DNA of 64,000 nt from an uncultured Clostridia bacterium. Its GTDB lineage: Bacteria; Bacillota; Clostridia; Christensenellales; CAG-314. A program made the translations under genes and the position numbers. A model generated the notes under the pieces. It saw nothing but the letters and a program-made list of their open reading frames with translations. It was not told the DNA's origin and did no database searches. The DNA is taken from contig CAKPYT010000040.1 in assembly GCA_934203075.1 (NCBI GenBank), positions 2,583-66,582 on the forward strand. The letters run 5' to 3'. Positions 38,759 to 47,529 of the stretch are shown one piece after another (the first letter of the stretch is position 1; each line of letters opens with the position of its first letter).

Positions 38759-39405
38759 AAAACGGAAAATATTCGGTAATGATCGTTGAAGATCAGCAAA
38801 TGCCAAAGGCACTCTTTTCGCATTTTGTGGAATCGTCAAATAAATTCTATCTGCAAGTGGCAATAGAAAACGCGTCTGTTGCGGATATCGTTTGCACCCG
38901 CACTCCCGTGGATTTGATACTGATGGACGTGGTAACGGAAAACGGCGAGAGCGGCCTCGAGGCGGCGGCGAAAATCAAAGCGAAATTTCCGAAAACGAAG
39001 ATCATCATCGTCACGAGTATGCCGGAGTGCTCCTACATCAGGCGAGCCAGACAAATCGGTGTGGAGGGCTTTTGGTATAAAGAGGTGAACGAGCAACCGA
39101 TTCTTTCGTTGATGGAACGGGTCATGAACGGCGAAATCGTCTATCCCGACAGTCCCCAACCCGTCAGAATGGGGCTTGCGTTGAGTACGGAGTTTACCGA
39201 GAAAGAGTTGGAAATACTACGCCTGATGACGGGTGGTTACAGTAATGCGGAAATTTCCGAAAAACTCGGTGTTTCCGCGGGCGTTGTCAAAAACCACGTG
39301 GCGGATATGCTCGGTAAAACGGGCTTTCGTTCCCGCACGCAGTTGGCGGTGCGGGCGAGGGAATCCGGGCTGGTCATTCTGGAAAAGACAGAGGAAGATT
39401 TTTAA
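38755..39405 (+). CDS. Response regulator, LuxR/NarL family
   Basis: Receiver domain (VMIVEDQ...LILMDV...IIIVTS) plus a C-terminal HTH LTEKELEILRLMTGGYSNAEISEKLGVS. Its ATGA start overlaps the kinase gene. Confidence 0.92.
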   Translation: MKNGKYSVMIVEDQQMPKALFSHFVESSNKFYLQVAIENASVADIVCTRTPVDLILMDVVTENGESGLEAAAKIKAKFPKTKIIIVTSMPECSYIRRARQIGVEGFWYKEVNEQPILSLMERVMNGEIVYPDSPQPVRMGLALSTEFTEKELEILRLMTGGYSNAEISEKLGVSAGVVKNHVADMLGKTGFRSRTQLAVRARESGLVILEKTEEDF

Positions 39406-39423
39406 CCGAGACGGATAAGGTAA

Positions 39424-39455
39424 AAAACAGTCGTTGAAAAACGGCTGTTTTTTTT
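39424..39455 (+). terminator. Terminator after the response regulator
   Basis: Stem AACAGTCGT/ACGGCTGTT followed by TTTTTTT. Confidence 0.7.
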
Positions 39456-39593
39456 GCGGAAAAGAGACGGCAAAACAGAAAAAATCCGGTAAGGGGTGCC
39501 AAACGGCACTCCCGATAAGTCCTCTCGTTATGGTACAATGCCTCCGCAAAACAGAGAACGAATAGAGAAATCGATGAAAGGGGAGGGTGCAGA

Positions 39594-39977
39594 ATGAAAA
39601 GAGCAGTGCTGGCTATCAGAAACAGACTCGTTCTGGAAGCGGTCACAACCGCTCTGAAGCGCACGGGCTTTTTTGTGGAAAAAGTTTCTTCGCAGGAAAC
39701 GGAGCGTATCCTTACGCTGACGAACGCGCTTGCGGCAACAACTCTGCTCATGGACGTTACAAGGTCGGGAGACGGCACGTTTGATATGCGAATGGACACC
39801 GTGAAAGAAGCCAAACGGCGAAACCCCGAAATCAAAATCGCACTTCTTTGCGACAACGTGTCGGATGAAAACAGCGCATACAAAATCAAATGTGCCAAAG
39901 AAGACGGTCGTATCGACGCTTTCTTTTATGAATCCGTTCCGTCGGACTATCTTGCCGACGCGGTTGACGCGCTGTAA
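39594..39977 (+). CDS. Stand-alone receiver-like (pseudo-receiver) domain protein
   Basis: 127-aa protein with a CheY-like alternation pattern. LLMDV retains the Asp, but the N-terminal acidic pair is replaced by AIRNR. Confidence 0.55.
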   Translation: MKRAVLAIRNRLVLEAVTTALKRTGFFVEKVSSQETERILTLTNALAATTLLMDVTRSGDGTFDMRMDTVKEAKRRNPEIKIALLCDNVSDENSAYKIKCAKEDGRIDAFFYESVPSDYLADAVDAL

Positions 39978-40038
39978 ACGGAAACATACGAGAATAGGAT
40001 AAAACAAAAGATTATCAAAAAACAAAAAGGAGCTTGAA

Positions 40039-40581
40039 ATGAAAAAGAAGATTTTTACAATAGCAACGGTTGTTTTGTTGCTTGCGTTGGCACTTTCGGT
40101 AATGGTCGCTTGTGGTGATAAAGGAAACGGAAATCAAAACGGCACACAAACGGGCGGACAAGAAGAAACGCCCATAACGTCCGAAGTGGGATTGAAATAC
40201 GGACACACCAAAACGACGGTTACGTATGCAAGCGACGAAGCGAAAGAAAAGATGCTGAAAGAAATGGAAATGACGACGGAGGAATTTTTCAATTTTTACG
40301 ATCAAGCGATGCTCGATGTTCAGTTCCTTGCCAAAAACAAGGCTACCGTAGTTTACAACATTGGCGGTAGCGGGGAAGCGCTCAACTTGTATTACAAGGC
40401 CGAAGGCAGAATCGTGACGTTCTATGATACCGAAGAAGACATGCAAAAAGAAAATGTCAAGACAGATAGAGGAGTGTTCGCAGCACAATTCAAATTGTCC
40501 GATGACTATAAGACTCTGCAATGGATTGCCAAGGAGGAAGGCTTATACAAAGTCGTTCTCGATTGTGGTCTTTTGAAATAA
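40039..40581 (+). CDS. Lipoprotein, function unknown
   Basis: Signal peptide with lipobox MVAC-G, followed by a G/N/Q-rich linker. Confidence 0.8.
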   Translation: MKKKIFTIATVVLLLALALSVMVACGDKGNGNQNGTQTGGQEETPITSEVGLKYGHTKTTVTYASDEAKEKMLKEMEMTTEEFFNFYDQAMLDVQFLAKNKATVVYNIGGSGEALNLYYKAEGRIVTFYDTEEDMQKENVKTDRGVFAAQFKLSDDYKTLQWIAKEEGLYKVVLDCGLLK

Positions 40582-40649
40582 AACCATAAGAATTTGAGCC
40601 GGCGAAAGCCGCTTCAAAGATAAACAAAAAAACAATAAGGAGAAAAACT

Positions 40650-42446
40650 ATGAAGAGAAAAAACTTGCTTACAGTCGTGTTTGTTCTTCTTTCCTGCGTG
40701 TTGGTGTTTGCCGCATGCGCTCCCGCACCGGAGGAACATACCCATACTTATTCGAAGGAATGGAGCAGTAACGCTGCCGAGCACTGGCATGCGGCGACGT
40801 GCGAACATACCGATTTGAAAGAGGGCGTCGAGGCGCATACGTTTGGGGCCTGGGCGGAAACGAAAGCCCCAACCGCTACCGAAATGGGCGAAAAACGGCG
40901 CGTGTGCAGTGTGTGCAACTACACGGAAAAACAAGAGGTCGCGGCACTCGGTGCGCAAGAAAATACGCTTGCCCTTGCAGCGGGGGTTACGCTCGGCAAA
41001 ACTTATGATAAGCAGGCAATTGCTTTCACAACGGAAATGTTTCAATATCAGGGCAACGGCGCCGTTACGTTTGCATACAAAGCAAAAGACGCCGCTGTGT
41101 TCGATGCGGAAGTGCCGTCCGTCGCAGGCGAATACGTGGTGAAGGTTTCCGTTGCAGGTACAAGCGAGTGGAAGGAAGTCGAAAGGGAATTCGACTTTAC
41201 CATTGCGCAAGTTCGTCTTGCCAGCATCGAAAAAGCTTTGGAAGTGATGTACGACGGATCCTCGACGGAATTTGATTTCACAAGCAAAATCACCGAAAAA
41301 GTTGCGAACGACGATATCAGGCTTATCGTTAAGATGAACGGTTTTGCAGTGGGCAGTACAGTAAAAGAAGTGAAGTTCACGGGCGACGACGCTTGCAACT
41401 ACACCTACGATACGACCAAATTGTCCGTTACAATCGTCAAAGCGAGAATCAATATCGGACGTACTCAATTCGAAACGCAATATAAGAGCGGCGCTTGGAA
41501 AACCGTGTTTGCGCTTGCGGCAGGCGACGGCGTCGTTGAAAAAGACGGCGTGCTAGAAAACGTATCTTTTGAAGTTCTTCAAGACAACAAGGCTGATTGG
41601 GCGAACAAAAAATCGTACGCTCTTTACACCGAGAACGCAACGAAAGTAAGCAATATCGAGCGAGTAAGACTCGTCGGTACAGACGCAGGCAATTATACCT
41701 TTGCATGCGACGAAGACGGCAACCTCGGCGCAACTCTCTATTGCAAGGTCAAAGAAACCGCAATCGACGCTATTCTTGACCAGCTAAACGATTACGACTG
41801 GGGCGGACTCATTGTTGACAATGTCACGTTTGCGAACAAAAAATTGGTTGTCGGCGGTTATCAAGGCGAAATTACCGATAAACTCATCGACGACGAAAAC
41901 AATTTCAAACAACTCAAATTCGAGATGTTCGTCAGAGGCACGGAAATCAAGATTGCCCAAGGCACTCGCATTTTGTGGCAAGGAGACGATTGCGAACACA
42001 TATATAACGATTGCGAACTTATCCCGGGCATCGGCGGCCCCGCAAATTTGGAAATTAACCTTCTTAAAAACGTCGACGGTTACACCGATGAAAACGGATA
42101 TTGGATTTGTGAGCAACAAAACGTCAACCTCACTCTCAAAGTAACGGAAACCACGGATGTGGCAGAAAAAAATCAAGATTTGTTTGAAGACGGTCTTGTT
42201 AAGGCAGGTTACGCACTTGTTAAATATACGCACAATGCCGAAGATTCCACGAGTATTAACTTGGAACTTACCGAAGGCGCAACCGGAACGATTGAAACGC
42301 ACGTTTACGGTTTTGTCGATGGCAGATTCACCGAACTTACGCTTAACGGTGGCGGCTACGACGTGGAAAAAGGACAAACTTACTACATCGTCGTATTTGT
42401 AAAAACTGCCGGCACGGGCAACGCGCAAATCGTTTTGATGGGTTGA
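40650..42446 (+). CDS. Large surface lipoprotein with an N-terminal His/Cys-rich module and MBG/Ig-like repeats
   Basis: Lipobox FAAC-A, then HTHTY...HWHAATCEH...AHTF...VCSVC, then repeated segments ending in AGEYVV / DACNYTY / DAGNYTF, as seen in MBG-type domains. Confidence 0.8.
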   Translation: MKRKNLLTVVFVLLSCVLVFAACAPAPEEHTHTYSKEWSSNAAEHWHAATCEHTDLKEGVEAHTFGAWAETKAPTATEMGEKRRVCSVCNYTEKQEVAALGAQENTLALAAGVTLGKTYDKQAIAFTTEMFQYQGNGAVTFAYKAKDAAVFDAEVPSVAGEYVVKVSVAGTSEWKEVEREFDFTIAQVRLASIEKALEVMYDGSSTEFDFTSKITEKVANDDIRLIVKMNGFAVGSTVKEVKFTGDDACNYTYDTTKLSVTIVKARINIGRTQFETQYKSGAWKTVFALAAGDGVVEKDGVLENVSFEVLQDNKADWANKKSYALYTENATKVSNIERVRLVGTDAGNYTFACDEDGNLGATLYCKVKETAIDAILDQLNDYDWGGLIVDNVTFANKKLVVGGYQGEITDKLIDDENNFKQLKFEMFVRGTEIKIAQGTRILWQGDDCEHIYNDCELIPGIGGPANLEINLLKNVDGYTDENGYWICEQQNVNLTLKVTETTDVAEKNQDLFEDGLVKAGYALVKYTHNAEDSTSINLELTEGATGTIETHVYGFVDGRFTELTLNGGGYDVEKGQTYYIVVFVKTAGTGNAQIVLMG

Positions 42447-42528
42447 TGCGACTTAATAGAACAATAATTAAATAAACATATTTTCAAAGCCGTTCAAGCG
42501 AGCGGCTTTGAAACGTTTGGAGTAGTAT

Positions 42529-43821
42529 ATGAAAACTTTCAAAAAATCAATGATTGTGCTTATGGCACTCGTTCTTTTCTTTGCGCTCGTAGCGTGCGAT
42601 AAGGATGCAAAAGTACAAAGCCTTACGGGCGAACACGGCGCAGTTGCAGAGGGCGAGTTCGATAAGGGCAGTGCGCTCAAAGTTTCGTCAGTTGATGTCG
42701 GAGATGCACAAAAGCAACTTATCTTTGGCAGCGGATATTTGACCGAAAACCTTACGGCATACGATATCCACATCGAAAAAGACGGCGCAAAGTTGCAACC
42801 GAGCGGAAAAGTGAAAATAACGCTTGATTTTGACGGTAATTCCGCAAACGGTTATTCCGTTTTCCACTTCAAGAGCGATACGGATATGGAAGTGCTGCCT
42901 TCAACCGTCGCAGACGGCAAATTGTCCTTTGAAACGACGAGTTTTTCTGTTTTTGTCATAGGCGAAAACGCACCAGAAGAATACAACTACAATATAACTT
43001 ACAACCTTGACGGCGGCAGTTTTGCCGAAGGCGTTACCGCCCCCGCTCAATACGGTAGCGACAGCGAGTTTCCGCTTTCTTTGCCGCCGGTTACAAAGAG
43101 CGGTTATGACTTTAAGGGCTGGAAGAACGCTTATGGTGTGGAAATGACCGAAATAACCGCCACTATGCGCGGAAGTCTTACCCTTACCGCACAATGGGAA
43201 AAAGGCACGGGCGAGGACTTTTTCTTGTTCCGTTTGGAAATGGATAAGGTTGACCCAAACGATGCCAACGTAAAAACCGTTGAGTTCTATTCATCGGGAG
43301 TCAGCGACGGGAAAGGGGAAATTCTGAAAACGAAAATCGACGGTTCGTTTGAGAACGTCGACAGGAGCGGAATGAGCGTCTCTATCGGCGACGGTACTTA
43401 TCTTGAGATTCTGTCCGATACGGTTTATAAAAACTGTACGGCGGGTACGCTCAGCCAAGAAACAGGCAATCACGGTTATTGCTTCTACACCGGTTCTTTC
43501 AGCGGTAAAATTTCGATAAACGAAGACTATATGCTGTTTGTTTTGAAAAAAATCGACGGCGAAAGGTCAGAAGATCGTCTGGAAGCGGTTACAACCGACC
43601 ATTTCCAAACGCTTAGCGAAGGCAGATATTTCGTCGTCAGAAAAGACGCGTATAACGCTGCCGTAGCCGCCGGAAAGAAAAACGAAACGGGAGAATTGTA
43701 CGAAGCACTTTCGTACTTATCCGAACCACACGACGACGGAAAAGACAACCCCGTTATCGAAGATATTACGGCTTGCTATGAAATCTGGATTCAATTCGCA
43801 ACTTCGCTGAAACGTTCTTGA
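42529..43821 (+). CDS. Surface lipoprotein with a Listeria-Bacteroides (Flg_new / InlB B-repeat type) repeat
   Basis: Lipobox LVAC-D. YNITYNLDGGSF...SGYDFKGWKN...LTAQWEK matches the repeat signature. Confidence 0.8.
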   Translation: MKTFKKSMIVLMALVLFFALVACDKDAKVQSLTGEHGAVAEGEFDKGSALKVSSVDVGDAQKQLIFGSGYLTENLTAYDIHIEKDGAKLQPSGKVKITLDFDGNSANGYSVFHFKSDTDMEVLPSTVADGKLSFETTSFSVFVIGENAPEEYNYNITYNLDGGSFAEGVTAPAQYGSDSEFPLSLPPVTKSGYDFKGWKNAYGVEMTEITATMRGSLTLTAQWEKGTGEDFFLFRLEMDKVDPNDANVKTVEFYSSGVSDGKGEILKTKIDGSFENVDRSGMSVSIGDGTYLEILSDTVYKNCTAGTLSQETGNHGYCFYTGSFSGKISINEDYMLFVLKKIDGERSEDRLEAVTTDHFQTLSEGRYFVVRKDAYNAAVAAGKKNETGELYEALSYLSEPHDDGKDNPVIEDITACYEIWIQFATSLKRS

Positions 43822-44010
43822 ATCGAAGGGGCGAAGGGATTGGATAAGAGAAACCTTGTAGCATAAATCGAACCGAAATTCACCGAAAGTAAGCCGTCTT
43901 AGAAACTAAGGCGGCTGAAATTCTCCGGATTTGATAGGGGCGCGAGGGGCACTTATGCCGTGGGGCATTCCGGCAAAACGGATGCCTGGGCGGGGACAAA
44001 ACGTCAATTT

Positions 44011-44040
44011 CGAAAAAGAGCCGGGGCGTGACACCCGGCT
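44011..44040 (-). terminator. Terminator directly after the 93-aa ORF
   Basis: On the minus strand, stem GAGCCGGG/CCCGGCTC followed by TTTTTCG. Confidence 0.65.
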
Positions 44041-44041
44041 C

Positions 44042-44323
44042 TTAATCTTTTTGGATTGTTTCGGAAAAGTAGTTTTTCCAATAGGTATCGGCTTCGTCCG
44101 CGGTCATACCGAAGGTCGGCCGGTCTTCCTCCCGGAATAAATTGAGAATTCTCAGCCCCTTCCGTTTCGCGTAGTTCATGTCGGTTTTTGCTCCGATTCG
44201 GCGTTGGGTCGGGTCCACGTAGCAAATCAGCGTGTCGCATTCGTCCATCATTTGTTTATTGCTTTCGGTAATTTGCTTTTTGAAGTGCAGCTCTTCCGTC
44301 GGGAACAGGTCCCGATAGGGCAC
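44042..44323 (-). pseudogene. Probable remnant of a SLOG/YpsA (DUF1273)-like gene, C-terminal third only
   Basis: FKKQITESNKQMMDECDTLICYVDP...GAKTDMNYAKRKGLRILNL resembles the C-terminal portion of YpsA-type SLOG proteins. The ORF is only 93 aa with a GTG start, and an in-frame stop lies just upstream. Confidence 0.35.
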
Positions 44324-44534
44324 GGAATCCGGGTGGATTTTCTTTTCGGGGGAAAGTCAATCGATACGATCCCGACCGAAAAACGTTTGCCCTGCGGTCT
44401 TTTCTTAAAAATCTTCAGCGAGGGGCAGACGCTCCGTGCGGCTTTCGGGGAACACGGTCGGGAGGGGAACGGTTTGGGGGAAAGGGGAAAAATTCTCTTC
44501 GTCCCTTTTGCCGCAACGGAGGAGCCGCTCCCGT

Positions 44535-44565
44535 AAAAAAAATCGACGGGGACAATCCCGTCGAT
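44535..44565 (-). terminator. Terminator downstream of the tetR-GNAT operon
   Basis: On the minus strand, stem ATCGACGGG/CCCGTCGAT followed by TTTTTTTT. Confidence 0.7.
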
Positions 44566-44716
44566 TTCTATTGGAGGAAATTTGCGGCAGAAAAAGCGGA
44601 GGAGCGCAAACCGAACGTCGGAGGGTGTTCGCAAAACGCGAAGCCCGACTTTCCCTTTCGATCGTTTTTGAGCAAGGGCGGAAAACGCGTCGCTCAATCC
44701 CGGGTGCCCCGTTACT

Positions 44717-45361
44717 TCAAAAAATCTGCCCGTCTGATTTTTTCTTTTCCCGGAAGGGAAACGTTTCGTCAAATTTTCGAAAAGCCTCCGGCTCGGCCCG
44801 GCACACGAAATAGCACTCCGGGTCGCGGTAAGAGCCATGTACTCCGTTCAGAAAACCTGGTTTCAGTTCTTTTATCAAAAAGTAGTCCGCCGACGGATCG
44901 TCCGCATATACGATGCCGCGTTCTTTGGCAACGGTGAAACCGCTTTTTCCGTAAAAATCGAGATTGCCGGTGATAGCAAGTGCTCCGGCCCCGAGATCCC
45001 GTGCTCTTTGCATCGATTCGTCCAGCAGAAGTTTTCCGTATCCTTTGCGTTTGTATTCGTTGGCAATACAAATCGGCCCGAAAGTCAGAATCGGCAGAGG
45101 GCCGGCCGCGCAATCGATATGGGACCGATAGTATACCACCTGTCCGATGAGTTTTTCGTCTTTTTCGAAAACCAGATCCAACTCCGGCACAAAGTTTGCA
45201 TCGTTTCGCATGCGGTGCAGCACAAAGTGCTCCATCGCACCGGGAAGGTACACATTCCAGAAGGAATCGCGTACGAGTGTTTCTACCGCGCGGTAATCGT
45301 CCGGAGTTTCTCTTCGAATCCGGCAGCCTTGCGGCAGGGTATTGTTTTTCTTTTGAATCAT
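44717..45361 (-). CDS. GNAT family N-acetyltransferase (YhbS-like)
   Basis: GPICIANEYKRKGYGKLLLDESM acetyl-CoA motif, 214 aa. Confidence 0.85.
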   Translation of the reverse strand: MIQKKNNTLPQGCRIRRETPDDYRAVETLVRDSFWNVYLPGAMEHFVLHRMRNDANFVPELDLVFEKDEKLIGQVVYYRSHIDCAAGPLPILTFGPICIANEYKRKGYGKLLLDESMQRARDLGAGALAITGNLDFYGKSGFTVAKERGIVYADDPSADYFLIKELKPGFLNGVHGSYRDPECYFVCRAEPEAFRKFDETFPFREKKKSDGQIF

Positions 45362-45364
45362 TGT

Positions 45365-45976
45365 TTACTCCTTTTCAAAATCGTGGCCGGGCGCAAGCTG
45401 CAACAAAAAACGGTCTGTATAGGTAAAAAAGTCCCGAAGAACGCTATCTTTCTCGCTTGCCGCGTCGTATGCCGCGTAATACAAAAACATCCCGCCGTAA
45501 AAAGCAACGGCAAGTGCATGTGCGCGCGTTTTGCTCTGCCCCGAGGCAGAGAAAATCTCTTCTACATAGGAACACGGCCCGACGGAAAGGGAATCGCGGT
45601 AGAGTTGTGCCATGCTTTCGCTGCGGAATTGTTCCAGAGTCAGCATTTTTCGGAAGAGCGAGGCAAAAGGGTGCTCCGTCCAATAGCGAAACTGCGCCTT
45701 GGCATATTCTCCGAAGGCTTGCAAATCCACAGCTCTCTGGAACCCGCCCGCTTCCAGCGGCATGGCAAACGCAAGTGCGTTTTCCGTGTCGTTCTGCTGC
45801 ATTTTTGCTAGAATCCCCTGCAAAATCTCTTCTTTGCCGGAAACGTGCTTGTAAAGTGCGGCCTTGGTTACGCCCAGTTTTTCTGCAATATCGCTCATGG
45901 AGGAGCCAAGATATCCTTTTTGCGCAAAAACCTCCAGTGCGGCAGTGAGCAGTTGCTCTTTTTTGTCGTTTTTCAT
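45365..45976 (-). CDS. TetR/AcrR family transcriptional regulator
   Basis: N-terminal HTH LLTAALEVFAQKGYLGSSMSDIAEKLGVTKAALYKHV. Confidence 0.92.
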   Translation of the reverse strand: MKNDKKEQLLTAALEVFAQKGYLGSSMSDIAEKLGVTKAALYKHVSGKEEILQGILAKMQQNDTENALAFAMPLEAGGFQRAVDLQAFGEYAKAQFRYWTEHPFASLFRKMLTLEQFRSESMAQLYRDSLSVGPCSYVEEIFSASGQSKTRAHALAVAFYGGMFLYYAAYDAASEKDSVLRDFFTYTDRFLLQLAPGHDFEKE

Positions 45977-45992
45977 TTGCTTTTTGTCCTTT

Positions 45993-46040
45993 GTTACCGA
46001 TCGGTAACCTTAGTATAGTTACCGATCGGTAACTTGTCAA
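45993..46040 (-). promoter_or_regulatory. tetR promoter with two identical 16-bp palindromic operators
   Basis: GTTACCGATCGGTAAC occurs at 45993-46008 and 46018-46033. On the minus strand, TTGACA (46040-46035), a 17-nt spacer, then TATACT (46017-12); the second palindrome fills the spacer. Confidence 0.75.
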
Positions 46041-46275
46041 GAGAATAAAGCAAAAAACAGAAGAAAAGGGGGAAACGTCGTTCTCAGGGTTTTGTCGGAA
46101 GGGGCAAAAAATTCGAATTGTGCTTCCGGTCAAAAACTCCCGTCGTTTTTGCACGGGGACGAAAGCAAAAACGATTCTGCAGGCACGGGCGGCAAACGCC
46201 TGCCCTGTTGCGTCGTTCTGCTTTTTGTGTTAAAATAAAAACAAAAAAAACGAGAGAAGGGGACGGAACGAGGGG

Positions 46276-46761
46276 ATGATTCAACCGGAAAAGACCAACG
46301 CCACACGTGCGCTGGAACAAAAGAAAATCGAATTCAAGGTGCATACGTACCTTTCGGATGGGGCAATCTCCGGTGTGGAAGTGGCAGCCGCCATCGGCGA
46401 GCCGGTGGAAAAGGTGTACAAAACGCTGGTGACGGTGGGAAAAAGTAAGGTTCATTACGTGTTTGTCATTCCTGCCGCTGCCGAGTTGGACCTGAAAAAG
46501 GCGGCAAAAACCGTCGGAGAAAAGAGTATCGAGATGGTAAAGTCCAAAGAATTGCTGCCTTTGACGGGTTACGTGCACGGCGGGTGCTCGCCCGTCGGCA
46601 TGAAAAAGCAGTTTTCTACCGTAGTGAACGATACGGCACGGGAAATGCCGGCGATTATCGTCAGCGGGGGAAGAATCGGGTATCAAATCGAGATTGCGCC
46701 TGCCGTTTTGCAGCGGGTCGTACCGTTTTCGTATGCGGATGTAATCGCAGAGACTTCCTGA
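46276..46761 (+). CDS. ybaK: Cys-tRNA(Pro)/Cys-tRNA(Cys) deacylase YbaK
   Basis: YbaK/EbsC-like along its full length, with TGYVHGGCSPVGMKK. Confidence 0.88.
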   Translation: MIQPEKTNATRALEQKKIEFKVHTYLSDGAISGVEVAAAIGEPVEKVYKTLVTVGKSKVHYVFVIPAAAELDLKKAAKTVGEKSIEMVKSKELLPLTGYVHGGCSPVGMKKQFSTVVNDTAREMPAIIVSGGRIGYQIEIAPAVLQRVVPFSYADVIAETS

Positions 46762-46850
46762 GTGCCGCACGAGAAGAGAAAGGGGGAAAACAACAATCTC
46801 CGTTCCGCAGGCACAATCGGCTCGTAAAGGGCAAAAGAGACGGAAAAACG

Positions 46851-46891
46851 TAAAATACAAGAAACAGCCGTCCGTTGTTGCGGACGGCTGT
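46851..46891 (-). terminator. Terminator after the DUF1622 gene
   Basis: On the minus strand, stem ACAGCCGTCCG/CGGACGGCTGT followed by TTCTTGTATTTT. Confidence 0.65.
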
Positions 46892-46912
46892 AATAAAGTT
46901 CGGCAGAATCGA

Positions 46913-47299
46913 TTATTTTTCCTCTTTCGGTTTTTCCGCGGGAGCGGCCGGCAGAGGGGCGATGGGTAAAACGTCGTTTTTCTTTTCGATTTTAATTTCC
47001 CATTGAATCAGGAAGGTCAAAGCCGCGCGCAGCAGAATGATAGAGCCCAAAATCAGCAATTCGTCCCAATCCCGCACGATGACGGTGCGCAGCAGCTCGC
47101 CGCCCACTTTGAATTCCAACGCAAGCGCAATGCCTTCCGCCAGATGCAGGCGTACGCGCGGTTGCTTGCGGAACAGCCCGATTACCGCCCGGACAATGGC
47201 ATACAGCAGCACGGCAACACCGACGAGTTCAATCGCCAGAATGATATATTGCAGAGCGATTTTGTCAATACCTTCGAGTTTTTCGTATAGTTCTATCAT
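46913..47299 (-). CDS. DUF1622 family membrane protein
   Basis: LAEGIALALEFKVGGELLRT and the surrounding TM pattern are typical of DUF1622. Confidence 0.75.
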   Translation of the reverse strand: MIELYEKLEGIDKIALQYIILAIELVGVAVLLYAIVRAVIGLFRKQPRVRLHLAEGIALALEFKVGGELLRTVIVRDWDELLILGSIILLRAALTFLIQWEIKIEKKNDVLPIAPLPAAPAEKPKEEK

Positions 47300-47529
47300 A
47301 ATTCTCTCCGTAAAATCGTGGTAAGAACAGTGTACTCTCTTTCCGGGGGCTTGTCAATAGGGGGCAGGCGAAGTTCTGCGGAGGGCAGGATCCGATGCTT
47401 TTGTGCGGCGTCCAAAGGGAGTTCGACGGCGGATGTTTTTTAAAAGGGCGGTAAGAAGAATGCAGCGGGGCATTGACACGACGGAGAAAATAGGCTATAC
47501 TATCCGCAAACAACTTGGAGGTATCATTC

